From the NCBI GenBank assembly GCA_012521675.1, contig JAAYLU010000015.1:4617-68616 (forward strand): DNA of 64,000 nucleotides. The letters run 5' to 3'. A model generated the notes under the pieces. It saw only the letters and a list, made by a program, of their open reading frames with translations. It was not told where the DNA came from and did no database searches. The DNA comes from Synergistaceae bacterium (GTDB lineage Bacteria; Synergistota; Synergistia; Synergistales; Aminobacteriaceae). The translations under genes and the position numbers were made by a program. Of this stretch, positions 34,797-44,176 are shown piece after piece; position 1 is the stretch's first letter, and each line of letters starts with the position of its first letter.

Positions 34797-36181
34797 CTCT
34801 CGCCCTCGCCCTTCATCTCCAGCACGAGACTTTTGAAATGATCGCCTCTCGCCTGGTAGTCGGGGTACATATCCCAACTGGTGCAGGCCGGGGATAGCAG
34901 CACCAGGCCCTTCGACGGAGCGATCCGAGACGCGGTCGCGACTGCCTCCTCCATCGAGGCCACTCTGTAAAAGTCCTCGAAACCGGCCTCCTGCAGGGCG
35001 GCGACGATCTTCTCTCTCTCCGCTCCCATGACCACTGCGGCGACGGCCTCCTTTTTTACCGCCTCGGCCAGCTGTCCATACTCCTCTCCCTTGCCCTGCC
35101 CTCCCAGTATGACGACTTTGGGCCCCGGCAAAGATGAGAGGGCCGTGGAGCTGGCTGCGACGTTGGTCCCCTTCGAGTCGTCCACGTATCGCACGCCTCG
35201 CACCGTGGCGACGTGCTCGCACCTGTGCGGCAGGCCGCGGAAGCCTGAGAAGAGAGTGCTTCCGTAGCTCTCCTTGCCGGCCAGAAGTCGGACGGCCGCG
35301 GCGGCGAAGGCGGCGTTTTCGATGTTGTGCCTGCCCATGAGAGGAACGTCGTCGAACGAGAAGAGGGTCTCCGGATCGCCGCCCTGCCCGTTGATAAGCA
35401 CCCTGCGGGATCCCTCGTCCGCGGAGATCGATCGGGGCGAGGGAGGCGCGCCTTCGCTCCATGAAAAGGCATATACGTCGCGATCCGAATGATCTCCCTC
35501 CAGCAGCAGGGCCCGGTCGGATTCCTGGACGAGAGCATAACCTCCGGCCTTTCCGGTCTGAATAATCCTAGCCTTGGCCCTGGCATACTCCTCGAAGCTG
35601 CCGTGCCAGTCTATGTGGTCCGGGGCGATGTTGGTCACAACGGCGAGATCGCAGGCGAAACGCATGTTCCAATGAAGCTGGAAACTGCTCAGCTCGGCTA
35701 CGATGAACTCGCTGTCCTTGAGCGCAGAGTCGGCTATCGACCTTCCGATATTTCCAGTCACCTCGACCGAGAAGCCCGCCCTTGTCAGAAGGTGCCCCGC
35801 CAGCGCCGTGACGGTGCTCTTGCCATTGCTTCCCGTCACGCCGATCATCCTGCCTCTAAGGTAAGGAGCGACGAAATCCAGCTCGCCCATCACCTCGACT
35901 CCTCGTCTCAAGCCCTCCAGCACCGGCTGCGATCTTGGAGAGATTCCTGACCCCACGAGGATCAGATCGGCCTCGTAAAGATTAGGAGTGTGCCCCCTCT
36001 CCTCCCACTCCACGCCATGCCTTTTGAACTGATCGATGACTGACTCGAGCATCCCCTTCGCCTCCGAGACGAAGACCCTGGCCCCGAGGGCATTTGCCAG
36101 CAGCGCGAGCCCTACCCCGCTGACTCCCGCCCCTATGACCGATATCCTCATGCTCGAAAGGTTCTTTTCACCGTGCTTCAC
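34793..36181 (-). CDS. murD: UDP-N-acetylmuramoylalanine--D-glutamate ligase
   Basis: VIGAGVSGVGLA Rossmann N-terminus and GVTGSNGKST Mur-ligase P-loop. GTG at 36181 overlaps the mraY stop (GTGA) and follows GGGGGTG; ATG at 36151 is an alternative start. Confidence 0.92.
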   Translation of the reverse strand: MKHGEKNLSSMRISVIGAGVSGVGLALLANALGARVFVSEAKGMLESVIDQFKRHGVEWEERGHTPNLYEADLILVGSGISPRSQPVLEGLRRGVEVMGELDFVAPYLRGRMIGVTGSNGKSTVTALAGHLLTRAGFSVEVTGNIGRSIADSALKDSEFIVAELSSFQLHWNMRFACDLAVVTNIAPDHIDWHGSFEEYARAKARIIQTGKAGGYALVQESDRALLLEGDHSDRDVYAFSWSEGAPPSPRSISADEGSRRVLINGQGGDPETLFSFDDVPLMGRHNIENAAFAAAAVRLLAGKESYGSTLFSGFRGLPHRCEHVATVRGVRYVDDSKGTNVAASSTALSSLPGPKVVILGGQGKGEEYGQLAEAVKKEAVAAVVMGAEREKIVAALQEAGFEDFYRVASMEEAVATASRIAPSKGLVLLSPACTSWDMYPDYQARGDHFKSLVLEMKGEGER

Positions 36182-37146
36182 TTCCACACCCCCAGTACGA
36201 GGGTCTGTTGGACCAGGACGGCACCCAGCGCGACTCCGACGGCATGTATTATCCAAAATCGGATGACTATCCGGGTCTCGCTCCAGCCGGAGAGTTCGAA
36301 ATGATGATGCACCGGGCTCATCTTGAAGACCTTCCTATTGAACTTGCGAATGGCGACTATCTGTATCGCCACCGAGACTATCTCAAGGCCGAACAGAAAT
36401 CCCAACGGGAAAAGGGCGATCAGAAAATCGCAGTGTACGCAGAGTGCGACCAGCAATCCCGCCAGAAAATGGGATCCGACATCCCCCATGAAGACCTGCG
36501 CAGGATGAGCGTTGTGCCATAGAAAGCCGGCGCACATGGCCGACCCTGCAAGAGCAAGGCTCATGGCGGCGCCATCCGGCCTGATCCACAACAAAACTCC
36601 TGCAAACGAGACAAGAGATGCGCCCGCCGCCAATCCGTCCAACCCGTCCGTGACATTCACCGCGTTCATCATTCCGATCGCGAACAGGAAGAGAAGTGGG
36701 ACCGCTATGACCGGATGTATCTCCAACCCCGGACACAGGCTCACTCCCTCGCCAAAGGCGACCCAGGCGCTCCATGGAAGAGTCAGTCCTATCTGCGCGT
36801 ACAGCTTGTAAAGACTGGGGAAGCCCTCGCTGGACCTCCTGCTGAACTTTATCCAGTCGTCCGCAAACCCTATCCCGGCCGCTCCCAGGGGCAACAGCAG
36901 AAACAGGGCGGCGCGGAGCGAGCCCCCGTCGGCGAGGAAGAAGGCGGCCGGGATCCCCGCGAGCCCGACCGCAATGAATACCACACCGCCCATGGAGGGA
37001 GTCGTCGACTTCGTCTCTATATGGCTCTTCAGGCCGTAGCTCTTCTGCACCTGGACTACGCGCCACCTGTTCAACCGCTTTATCCAGTATTCCGAGGCCA
37101 ATATCTGAAGGAAGAACAGCCCAAGCCATATGCAGGCGTATTTCAT
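36178..37146 (-). CDS. mraY: phospho-N-acetylmuramoyl-pentapeptide transferase
   Basis: Polytopic membrane protein with NAVNVTDGLDGLA and PVHHHFE signature blocks. Confidence 0.95.
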   Translation of the reverse strand: MKYACIWLGLFFLQILASEYWIKRLNRWRVVQVQKSYGLKSHIETKSTTPSMGGVVFIAVGLAGIPAAFFLADGGSLRAALFLLLPLGAAGIGFADDWIKFSRRSSEGFPSLYKLYAQIGLTLPWSAWVAFGEGVSLCPGLEIHPVIAVPLLFLFAIGMMNAVNVTDGLDGLAAGASLVSFAGVLLWIRPDGAAMSLALAGSAMCAGFLWHNAHPAQVFMGDVGSHFLAGLLVALCVHCDFLIALFPLGFLFGLEIVSVAIQIVAIRKFNRKVFKMSPVHHHFELSGWSETRIVIRFWIIHAVGVALGAVLVQQTLVLGVWK

Positions 37147-38522
37147 ACCGCTCCCCCCTCCAGGACCGCATCGACGAGCCTGTCCAGCAAATTACCGCGC
37201 GAACCCTTCACTACCAGAAGGTCGCCCTCGCGGAGCCCCGGCTTCAATGAGTTCCCCAACGATACCGGATCATCGAAGAACTCCGCATTCGCAGGAAGAG
37301 CGGACCTTGAACATGCCAGCCTCCACAACTTACCAGTGAGAAAGACCTTCGTGAATCCCCCGAGAAGGGGGAGAAGCTCCTCGTGATGAGCCAGGGCGTT
37401 ATCTCCGAGCTCGCGCATCTCTCCAAGAGCCGCGATCTTGCGCCGCTCCTTCAAGAGCAGCGCTTCGCTCAAAGAGGCCCTCATCGACGCCGGGTTGGCG
37501 TTGTACGAGTCGTCCAACAGGACCGCGCCAGACTCGAGCCTGTAGAACCGTCCCCTGCCATTAAGCGGATCCACGGAGCGAATGCCCGCCGCGGCACCCT
37601 CGGTCGAGCCCCCCAGGAAGATCGCCGAGGCCATTCCAAATGCCGCCGCCGGCGCGGAGTGTCGACCGAACAGCGACGACTCGACTAGGTACGTTTTTCC
37701 ATTATGTACGAGGTCGAAGGAGAGACAGGGAATTCCCTCTTTCAGCACGAAGTGGACGTTTCTCAAAGCGAAGGCGCAGTCTCCGAATCCTACGCCCAGC
37801 CGAAGGACCTCTTCGGGCAGGGATGCGCATCTGCGCGATATGAGAGTATTGTCGCCAAAGAATAGCAAGGCCTTCAGATCCGGCGACTGAACTATCTCGA
37901 ACTTGGCCTCCAGCACTCCCTCCTCGGATCCAAGCCCCTCGAGGTGTGCCGCTGTCACCTCCGTGATCACCGAGACGGTCGGAGGGAATGACTCGACCAT
38001 CTCCTTGATCTCCCCCGGGTGATTCGTCCCCATTTCAAGGATAAGCACATCGATACCAGGCGGCATCGCAAGGATCGACAGGGAGCAGCCGATCAGGGTG
38101 TTGTAGCTGTGCTCAGCGGAGTGGACCCGGAAGGAGGGGGAGAGGGCCGCTCGGATCATCTCCCTGGTGGTAGTCTTGCCGACGCTTCCGGTAACTGCGA
38201 TTATCTCGAGGTCTCCGAAGGAGGCGAGATACCTCCTGGCCATCTCGGGCACTGCGGAGAAAGAGTCGGGCACGACGATCGAGGATACGCCAGGAGGCAC
38301 TTTCGCTCCGTCCTCGCAGATAATCAGCGAGGCACCGCGAGAGACCGCATCGTCGATGAAGTCGTGCCCATCCGCCTTTTCTCCCCTGAACGCCACGAAA
38401 GCGTCCCCCTTGCCCACAAGCCTGCTGTCCGCATAGTAGCGGGAAGGGGCGAGTCCATCCGGCCCGTTCAACTTGGCGCCTATTAGAGAAGCTACGGAGG
38501 AGATCCTGCGCTCGACTCTCAC
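37143..38522 (-). CDS. murF: UDP-N-acetylmuramoyl-tripeptide--D-alanyl-D-alanine ligase
   Basis: AVTGSVGKTTT P-loop and DDSYNANP block. Canonical slot between murE and mraY. Confidence 0.9.
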   Translation of the reverse strand: MRVERRISSVASLIGAKLNGPDGLAPSRYYADSRLVGKGDAFVAFRGEKADGHDFIDDAVSRGASLIICEDGAKVPPGVSSIVVPDSFSAVPEMARRYLASFGDLEIIAVTGSVGKTTTREMIRAALSPSFRVHSAEHSYNTLIGCSLSILAMPPGIDVLILEMGTNHPGEIKEMVESFPPTVSVITEVTAAHLEGLGSEEGVLEAKFEIVQSPDLKALLFFGDNTLISRRCASLPEEVLRLGVGFGDCAFALRNVHFVLKEGIPCLSFDLVHNGKTYLVESSLFGRHSAPAAAFGMASAIFLGGSTEGAAAGIRSVDPLNGRGRFYRLESGAVLLDDSYNANPASMRASLSEALLLKERRKIAALGEMRELGDNALAHHEELLPLLGGFTKVFLTGKLWRLACSRSALPANAEFFDDPVSLGNSLKPGLREGDLLVVKGSRGNLLDRLVDAVLEGGAV

Positions 38523-40036
38523 AGCACCCCGACCCCTCTTTCCAAAGCCCAGCTATTGATAGCCCCGACGTCCGAGTAGGGGAAGGACTCGTCGCCGATG
38601 CAGAGGTATTTCTCGGGCCCCTTGCCGGTGACCGCGACCACGTCCCCCGGCTTCGCCGAATCCAGGGCCTCGTAGACTGCCGCCTTTCTGTCCAATATGG
38701 TCCTGTGGGAGGTCTTCCTTTCGGAAGCGGCGATTCCCTCGACTATCTGGGCCGCTATCTGCTCAGGAGGCTCGTTTCGAGGGTTGTCCATCGTGACTAT
38801 TATCTCGTCGGCCAGGTCGGAGGCGATTTTTCCCAACGAGAACCTGTTCGGCTGGAAGCGCTCCCCTCCATGTCCGAAGACCGAGATTACCCTGCCGTCG
38901 CAGAGCCTGCGAAGCTCCGTCAGCACGTTCCTCAAGGCCTCCGGGGTGTGGGCGAAATCGACGATGCACCTGACACCGTTCTCAAGGGAGATCTTCTCCA
39001 TCCTCCCCGGCACCTGCACCATTCCGCTCAAAGCCCCCGCAAGAGCCTTGCCGTCGTATGAGTATGGCAACACGGCTGCCAGAGCCGCCAAAGCGTTATA
39101 CACGTTGAAAACCCCGGGAAGAGGGATAAATGAGCTGAAAGGACTGGCGATGCTCTTCAGCGTCAGAGTGAACCGTGTCCCGTCAAGAGAGCAGGCAGGA
39201 TCCTCTCCGTGCACGTCGACGCTGTTGCCGTTACCTAGACCAAAGGAGAGAAATCTCTCGGGATAAAGGTCCATCAGCCGCCTCGCATACCGGTCGTCCA
39301 TGTTCGCGGCACCGGCCCATGTCTCCTTCATGTAGCCGGCGAAGAGGCGCGCTTTCGCAGAGAAGTATCCCTCAAGTGTCTCATGATAGTCCAAGTGCTC
39401 CTCGCTCAAGTTGGTGAACACGGCGGAGTCGAAGAGGCAGCCCTCCACCCTTCCGAGATCAAGGCCGTGCGAAGAGGTCTCCATGACACACGAATCACAT
39501 CCGTTTCGAACCATAGAGGCGAGCAATCTCTGAATATCGCAACTCTCCGGTGTCGTCCGGCCCGCGTCCACCTCCTCAACGCCGTCGTTGTAGACAACCG
39601 TCCCGATAAGGCCCGGTCGCATGTCAAGGGACTCCAACAAATGCCTCATGATCCATGTAGTGGTGCTCTTTCCGTTTGTGCCGGTCACTGCGAACATCCT
39701 CAACCTGCTGCTCGGCTCCCCGTGGATTATCGACGAAAGACGCCCCATGTCACGCCTGACATCGGAGGACAGTATCTGGGGGATGTCAAGGTCCAGAGGT
39801 CGCTGCGTCAGAAGGGCCGACGCGCCCTTTTCGAGGGCCTCCGGGGCGAAATCATGACCGTCGGTCCGCTCGCCCGCGATGCAGCAGAACAGCCAGTCCT
39901 TGGCGACTGTCTCGCTATTGTATCCCGCATCGATCACGACAGGGTCGGCCTCTTGCTTAGCGCTCCCCGTTTTTAGAGCGAGGTGGGCTGAATATTTATC
40001 CGCATACTCTTGCATGACCTTGGAAAGAAGCATCAT
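38519..40036 (-). CDS. murE: UDP-N-acetylmuramoyl-L-alanyl-D-glutamate--2,6-diaminopimelate (or L-lysine) ligase
   Basis: VTGTNGKSTT P-loop and DFAHTP block, with a Mur-ligase C-terminal domain. The amino-acid specificity cannot be read with certainty here. Confidence 0.92.
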   Translation of the reverse strand: MMLLSKVMQEYADKYSAHLALKTGSAKQEADPVVIDAGYNSETVAKDWLFCCIAGERTDGHDFAPEALEKGASALLTQRPLDLDIPQILSSDVRRDMGRLSSIIHGEPSSRLRMFAVTGTNGKSTTTWIMRHLLESLDMRPGLIGTVVYNDGVEEVDAGRTTPESCDIQRLLASMVRNGCDSCVMETSSHGLDLGRVEGCLFDSAVFTNLSEEHLDYHETLEGYFSAKARLFAGYMKETWAGAANMDDRYARRLMDLYPERFLSFGLGNGNSVDVHGEDPACSLDGTRFTLTLKSIASPFSSFIPLPGVFNVYNALAALAAVLPYSYDGKALAGALSGMVQVPGRMEKISLENGVRCIVDFAHTPEALRNVLTELRRLCDGRVISVFGHGGERFQPNRFSLGKIASDLADEIIVTMDNPRNEPPEQIAAQIVEGIAASERKTSHRTILDRKAAVYEALDSAKPGDVVAVTGKGPEKYLCIGDESFPYSDVGAINSWALERGVGVL

Positions 40037-41733
40037 AGAACCATCCTTCTCTTCGCGTCGGAGGCAAACAGCTCGATCTGCATCATATCCTCCAGGATGC
40101 GCTTGAATGCAGGCGCTGCTACGTCACCTCCGTAATACTTGCCCTTCGAAGGCTCTCCTATCACCACAAGAAGCACATACTTGGGGTCCGAGGAGGGCCA
40201 GAATCCCGCAAAAGACGAGACCCACTTCCCCTTCAGATACTGCCCCTTCTCCGCGACCTGGGCCGTGCCGGTCTTCGCGGCTATGGACATGCCCGGGACG
40301 GCGGCGCCCTGCCCCGTCCCGCTCAAGACGGTTTCATCCATCGCTTTATGAAGCCATTCCGCTATCTTCGGGGATAGCACGTCTCTCAACTGCTCCTTCT
40401 TTTCACCATACACGACGGTGCCGGATGCATCCAACACCTTTGAGATAATATGAGGCCTTACCAGGTGGCCGCCGTTTGCGATCGCGGAGATAGCGGTGGC
40501 CAGCTGAAGCGGGGTGACCGCCAGCCCCTGCCCTATTGCTATATTCGACGGAACGACTCCCCTCCACTGTTCGGGTGAGGCTAGCAAACCATCTTCGGCA
40601 CCGGGAAGCTCTATTCCCGACGGCTTTCCAAAACCCCACTCGCGGAGAGAATGGTACATATCAAAAGGCTTTATCCGCCTGCCTATCTGTGCCATCCCGG
40701 TGTTCGAGGACTTGGATATTATTTCGGAGACGGAAAGCCTTCCAAATCCGGAGTTTCCCGCCTCGGTGACGTGTCCGTCCGCCACCTTTATCCTGTACGG
40801 GCAGTTTAGCGACTCGTTCGGGCCGACTAGGCCGCGCTCCAGCCCGATGCCGATGACGAACGGCTTGAACGTCGAGCCCGGCTCATACGTACGACCGATA
40901 CTATTATTCAGTATATTGTCGCTTTTATTTAGATCATCCCTGTTGTTCGGGTTGAAAACGGGCCAGCTTGCCATCGATATGATCTCGCCGTTGCGCGGAT
41001 TCATGCATATCACACTTCCCCAACGGGCGCCGTGCTCCCGGATCGCCTCGTCGAGCCTGTGCTCGACCACATACTGGATTCTCGAGTCCACCGTAAGGAA
41101 AACGCTCCCTCCCTCGGTCGGGGATGGAGCATGGTCGCGGTTAATTCTGCTGACATCGAGCATCTGGCCGGAGGAGTCCTTTGCAAACACGCGAATCCCC
41201 GGCGGAGAGAAGAGCTCCTTGTCCCACATGAGCTCCGTGCCGGAGAGGCCCTTGTCGTCGATATCGCAAAATCCGAGGACATGCGCGAGCATAGTGCCGC
41301 CAGGATAAAGCCTCTTCTTCTCCTCTATCTCGAATACTCCCTTGATATTCAGCTCCCTGATCCTGTCGGCGATCTCGGGTTCCGTTTTTCTCAATAACCA
41401 AAGAAATCTGCCGGATATCGGCTTTGAGAGGGTCTCAACCAGTGAATCGGGGACATATCCCTTTAAACGATGGGCGGACGAGGTGTCCCAAAAGGCGGGA
41501 TCCACAAAGAAACTACTCGTAGGGACGGAGACCGCCATGGCGTTGCCCTCCCTGTCATAGATAATGCCCCTGTTTGTGCTTACCGGGATATGGCTCCAAT
41601 ACTGACGGCGCGACTGACTTTCGACTCTCGGGTCCGGAAAGAGCTGCAGGACGGCCAGCCTGTACATGACGACACCGAAAAAGATGAAGATAATATGCCA
41701 CGGAGAAAACAAACGCCGTTTCACTGAACACAC
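40033..41733 (-). CDS. ftsI: class B penicillin-binding protein (FtsI-type transpeptidase)
   Basis: N-terminal TM anchor, PBP dimerisation domain, and transpeptidase motifs (STFKP, SSN, KTGTA). Confidence 0.9.
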   Translation of the reverse strand: MCSVKRRLFSPWHIIFIFFGVVMYRLAVLQLFPDPRVESQSRRQYWSHIPVSTNRGIIYDREGNAMAVSVPTSSFFVDPAFWDTSSAHRLKGYVPDSLVETLSKPISGRFLWLLRKTEPEIADRIRELNIKGVFEIEEKKRLYPGGTMLAHVLGFCDIDDKGLSGTELMWDKELFSPPGIRVFAKDSSGQMLDVSRINRDHAPSPTEGGSVFLTVDSRIQYVVEHRLDEAIREHGARWGSVICMNPRNGEIISMASWPVFNPNNRDDLNKSDNILNNSIGRTYEPGSTFKPFVIGIGLERGLVGPNESLNCPYRIKVADGHVTEAGNSGFGRLSVSEIISKSSNTGMAQIGRRIKPFDMYHSLREWGFGKPSGIELPGAEDGLLASPEQWRGVVPSNIAIGQGLAVTPLQLATAISAIANGGHLVRPHIISKVLDASGTVVYGEKKEQLRDVLSPKIAEWLHKAMDETVLSGTGQGAAVPGMSIAAKTGTAQVAEKGQYLKGKWVSSFAGFWPSSDPKYVLLVVIGEPSKGKYYGGDVAAPAFKRILEDMMQIELFASDAKRRMVL

Positions 41734-41755
41734 CCCCCGTCAAGAAGGAGTCGCC

Positions 41756-42178
41756 CTATTCCCCGGCCATTGCTTTTTCAAGAAAAAAATAGAACCATCC
41801 CTCTTCCTCGCGATCGGCCTTGATAAGGGAGGGCTCCTGCTGCTGCGGGGCGTTGGCGTAGTATTCGCCCTCGACCTTCAAGACTCTGACGTTCGAGGCA
41901 AACGTCATCCCCATCTCCTCTTTTGAAAATCCGAAGATCCTCACAGGAGACTTGAGCGTGGAGAGCTCGTGCTTCAGCAGGACCTGGTGGTTGTTGTACG
42001 ACTCTATCTGCCGGTTCACCGCGTTAAGCCTGCATTCCAACCTGAAAGAGTAAAGACGCAACACTCCGAGTCCCATGAACAACAAAAAAACACAGAGAGT
42101 AACCGCGATGACATAGGGACATATCCTACGAATAGAATTCGCAACGTTTCTCTCCGTTGCCTCCAAGCTGTATCGCAT
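41756..42178 (-). CDS. ftsL: FtsL-like cell division protein
   Basis: Small bitopic protein (TM helix plus coiled-coil segment) in the canonical rsmH-ftsL-ftsI slot. The assignment is by topology and synteny. Confidence 0.6.
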   Translation of the reverse strand: MRYSLEATERNVANSIRRICPYVIAVTLCVFLLFMGLGVLRLYSFRLECRLNAVNRQIESYNNHQVLLKHELSTLKSPVRIFGFSKEEMGMTFASNVRVLKVEGEYYANAPQQQEPSLIKADREEEGWFYFFLEKAMAGE

Positions 42179-42193
42179 CAGACCACCCCTTTT

Positions 42194-43090
42194 TCATAAC
42201 ACTGCGCCGGTAATCTTGAAAACTCTCATCTTCGCGCTTCTGGACTTGCGGTTTTCAACAACCTCCTGCGGTGTGGGGGTTATCGGTCTTTTAGTCAGGA
42301 TAACTCCCCTGTTTTGCTCGTTCCAATCCTTGAAACAGGTCTTTACGATCCTATCCTCGAGAGAGTGATAACTTACGACTATGACAAGCGCCCCGGGCGC
42401 GACAACGGGCAGAGTTGCCGCCAGTCCCTCCCGCAATGCCAGGAGTTCCTCGTTGACCGCGATCCTCAGTGCTTGAAACACCCTCCTTGCCGGATGTCCC
42501 CGCCCTTTACGCTGCACTGCGGCGGGCATTGAACCACGGATTATCTCTACAAGAGTCGACGTATGCAGAATCGGGCCCGATCTTTCTCTGTGGCGCACGA
42601 TCCTGCCCGCTATCTGTCTTGAATACCGCTCCTCTCCGTACTTCTTGAACAGGATTGCAAGATCCGTCGCAGAATAACTGTTGACTATATCGGCGGCCGA
42701 CAAAACAGCCCTGCTGTCCATTCTCATGTCCAGGGGGCCGTCGTCCTGGAAAGAGAAGCCCCTGGACTTGTCGACAAGCTGAAGATTCGATACCCCGAGA
42801 TCGAACAGAACCGCGTCGAAAGGACCCTGCACCGCCTCGTGGCTCAATAGAGATCGAAAGTTTACGTTGACGAAAGAGACTCGTTCCTTAAAAGGCAAAA
42901 GCCTCTCCTTGGCGATCGAGATGGCCTGCCCGTCCTGGTCGATTCCCACCAGCTCCACATCGGGAAACGAGGACAAGACCGCCTCCGCATATCCTCCTAG
43001 CCCCAAGGTGCAGTCCAGGACCCTTTTCAACGGGGGATGCTCCTTCAAGAACTCCGTGATCTCCGCGAGGAGCACAGGGATGTGCTCCAT
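42194..43090 (-). CDS. rsmH: 16S rRNA (cytosine1402-N4)-methyltransferase
   Basis: HIPVLL...DCTLGLGGY...DLGVS..Q....RGFSF...LDMRM...SYHSLEDR signature blocks. Confidence 0.94.
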   Translation of the reverse strand: MEHIPVLLAEITEFLKEHPPLKRVLDCTLGLGGYAEAVLSSFPDVELVGIDQDGQAISIAKERLLPFKERVSFVNVNFRSLLSHEAVQGPFDAVLFDLGVSNLQLVDKSRGFSFQDDGPLDMRMDSRAVLSAADIVNSYSATDLAILFKKYGEERYSRQIAGRIVRHRERSGPILHTSTLVEIIRGSMPAAVQRKGRGHPARRVFQALRIAVNEELLALREGLAATLPVVAPGALVIVVSYHSLEDRIVKTCFKDWNEQNRGVILTKRPITPTPQEVVENRKSRSAKMRVFKITGAVL

Positions 43091-43515
43091 CAGAATCCCT
43101 CTACTCCCTCGGCTATCTCGGGGAGATCGTCCAGGACCAGCTGCCTGTAGTCACTCCATCTTTGCCTGTCCCACATCTCCACGTGGTCCCCTACGCCCAC
43201 GAAAACCACTTCCTGGATGAACTCGGCGTACTCTCTTAAAACAGGAGGCAGCAAGATCCTGCCGGCACCGTCCACGACCAGCTCATGAGCGCTTGAGAGC
43301 ATCAGGCGCAAAAACCCCCTGCTCTTGCTCTTGGAAAAGGAAAGCTCCTGCAGGCGCTCGAGGACCCTGTTCCATTCCTCGGGAGAATAAAGGGAGACAC
43401 ATTTATCGATGCCAATCGTCCCGAAGACGCTTTCCCCGAGCTCTTCTCTGAACTTGGACGGAAGAACAATCCTAGCTTTACTGTCAATTTTATGTTCATA
43501 CGTCCCCATCAGCAT
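43090..43515 (-). CDS. mraZ: transcriptional regulator MraZ
   Basis: MLMGTYEHKIDSKARIVLPSKFRE (first SpoVT/AbrB-like DxxxR repeat) and a second repeat (VDGAGRILLPPVLRE). ATG at 43515 lies 8 nt after GGGAGG. Confidence 0.9.
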   Translation of the reverse strand: MLMGTYEHKIDSKARIVLPSKFREELGESVFGTIGIDKCVSLYSPEEWNRVLERLQELSFSKSKSRGFLRLMLSSAHELVVDGAGRILLPPVLREYAEFIQEVVFVGVGDHVEMWDRQRWSDYRQLVLDDLPEIAEGVEGF

Positions 43516-43525
43516 GACAGTGCCT

Positions 43526-43560
43526 CCCACTTTACGACACATTTTCCCACCTAAACCCAC
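43526..43560 (-). promoter_or_regulatory. putative MraZ operator: four GTGGG-type boxes at 10-bp phasing
   Basis: The - strand reads GTGGG-TTTAG-GTGGG-AAAAT-GTGTC-GTAAA-GTGGG. The boxes sit at 43556-60, 43546-50, 43536-40 and 43526-30, directly upstream of the mraZ ATG. Confidence 0.5.
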
Positions 43561-43711
43561 ACTACCATCTATTCCAAATGTGGCATGGGTCTTTCGCCCT
43601 CTTTTTTGAGGAAATTACCGGGACTTATAGTCTATTAGGAGGCGTTCGATTTAGAAGGGCAGATAGTGAAAGGAATAACCAGGGGGTTGATATCGCGGCC
43701 TTCTCAGGAAT

Positions 43712-44050
43712 GAAAACGGGAGCATCCAGTAAGCCGGGTTCTGTCGTGGATGATCATTTATCTGAAGAGCGCCTTGCGGCGGTCTTTATGCGACCGTACC
43801 CGAGGGTCGGCGGGCAGCCTCGTCCCCTCCTATTCGGTCTTGCTCCGGGCGGGGTTTTCCTGGCGTGAGGATCGCTCCTCATCCGGTGGGCTCTTACCCC
43901 ACCTTTTCACCCTTGCCCCTGGGGGCGGTATGTTTCTGTGGCACTCTCCTTTGGCTTGCGCCAACTGGGCGTTACCCAGCGCCCTGCCCTGCGGAGCCCG
44001 GACTTTCCTCCCCGCCGAAAAGGGCGGAGCGATCACCAAGGATACTCCCT
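43712..44050 (-). ncRNA. rnpB: RNase P RNA, bacterial type A
   Basis: The - strand contains GGAGGAAAGUCCGGGCUCC, GGGUAACGCCCAG, CACAGAAA, AAGGGUGAAAAGGUGGGGUAAGAGCCCACC, CCCGGAGCAAG and CCACGACAGAACCCGGCUUA. P1 is formed by GGGAGUAUCC (5') and GGAUGCUCCC (3'). Ends are accurate to about +/-5 nt. Confidence 0.95.
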
Positions 44051-44057
44051 GAACATA

Positions 44058-44066
44058 ATTATATCA
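44058..44066 (-). promoter_or_regulatory. extended -10 promoter (TGATATAAT) for rnpB
   Basis: TGnTATAAT on the - strand ends 7 nt upstream of the predicted RNase P RNA 5' end. No good -35 element. Confidence 0.45.
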
Positions 44067-44176
44067 CTCTTGTCATATATGCTGATCCCCCCTGTATTCT
44101 TTTTTTTACGTATAAGCTAAAATAGGTTGCAGAGAGATTAGCGCAGGACATTATCAAGAGAAGGAGTCGTTGGAAT

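Noticed and set aside
34797-35462. 222-codon N-terminal extension of the FtsW ORF (ORF-track 33660..35462)
   Set aside because: The extension overlaps murD in another frame and is Arg/Gly-rich. The SEDS homology starts at MKVNLEQ (ATG 34796), which overlaps the murD stop as ATGA. Similar extensions were trimmed for murG (33840), rapZ (21239), moaC (22607), the mogA fusion (22191), rplU (10790), rpmB (4336) and mraZ (43560).
43578-44125. Several 60-100-aa ORFs on both strands
   Set aside because: They lie over the RNase P RNA gene, whose conserved core and P1 pairing explain the region completely.
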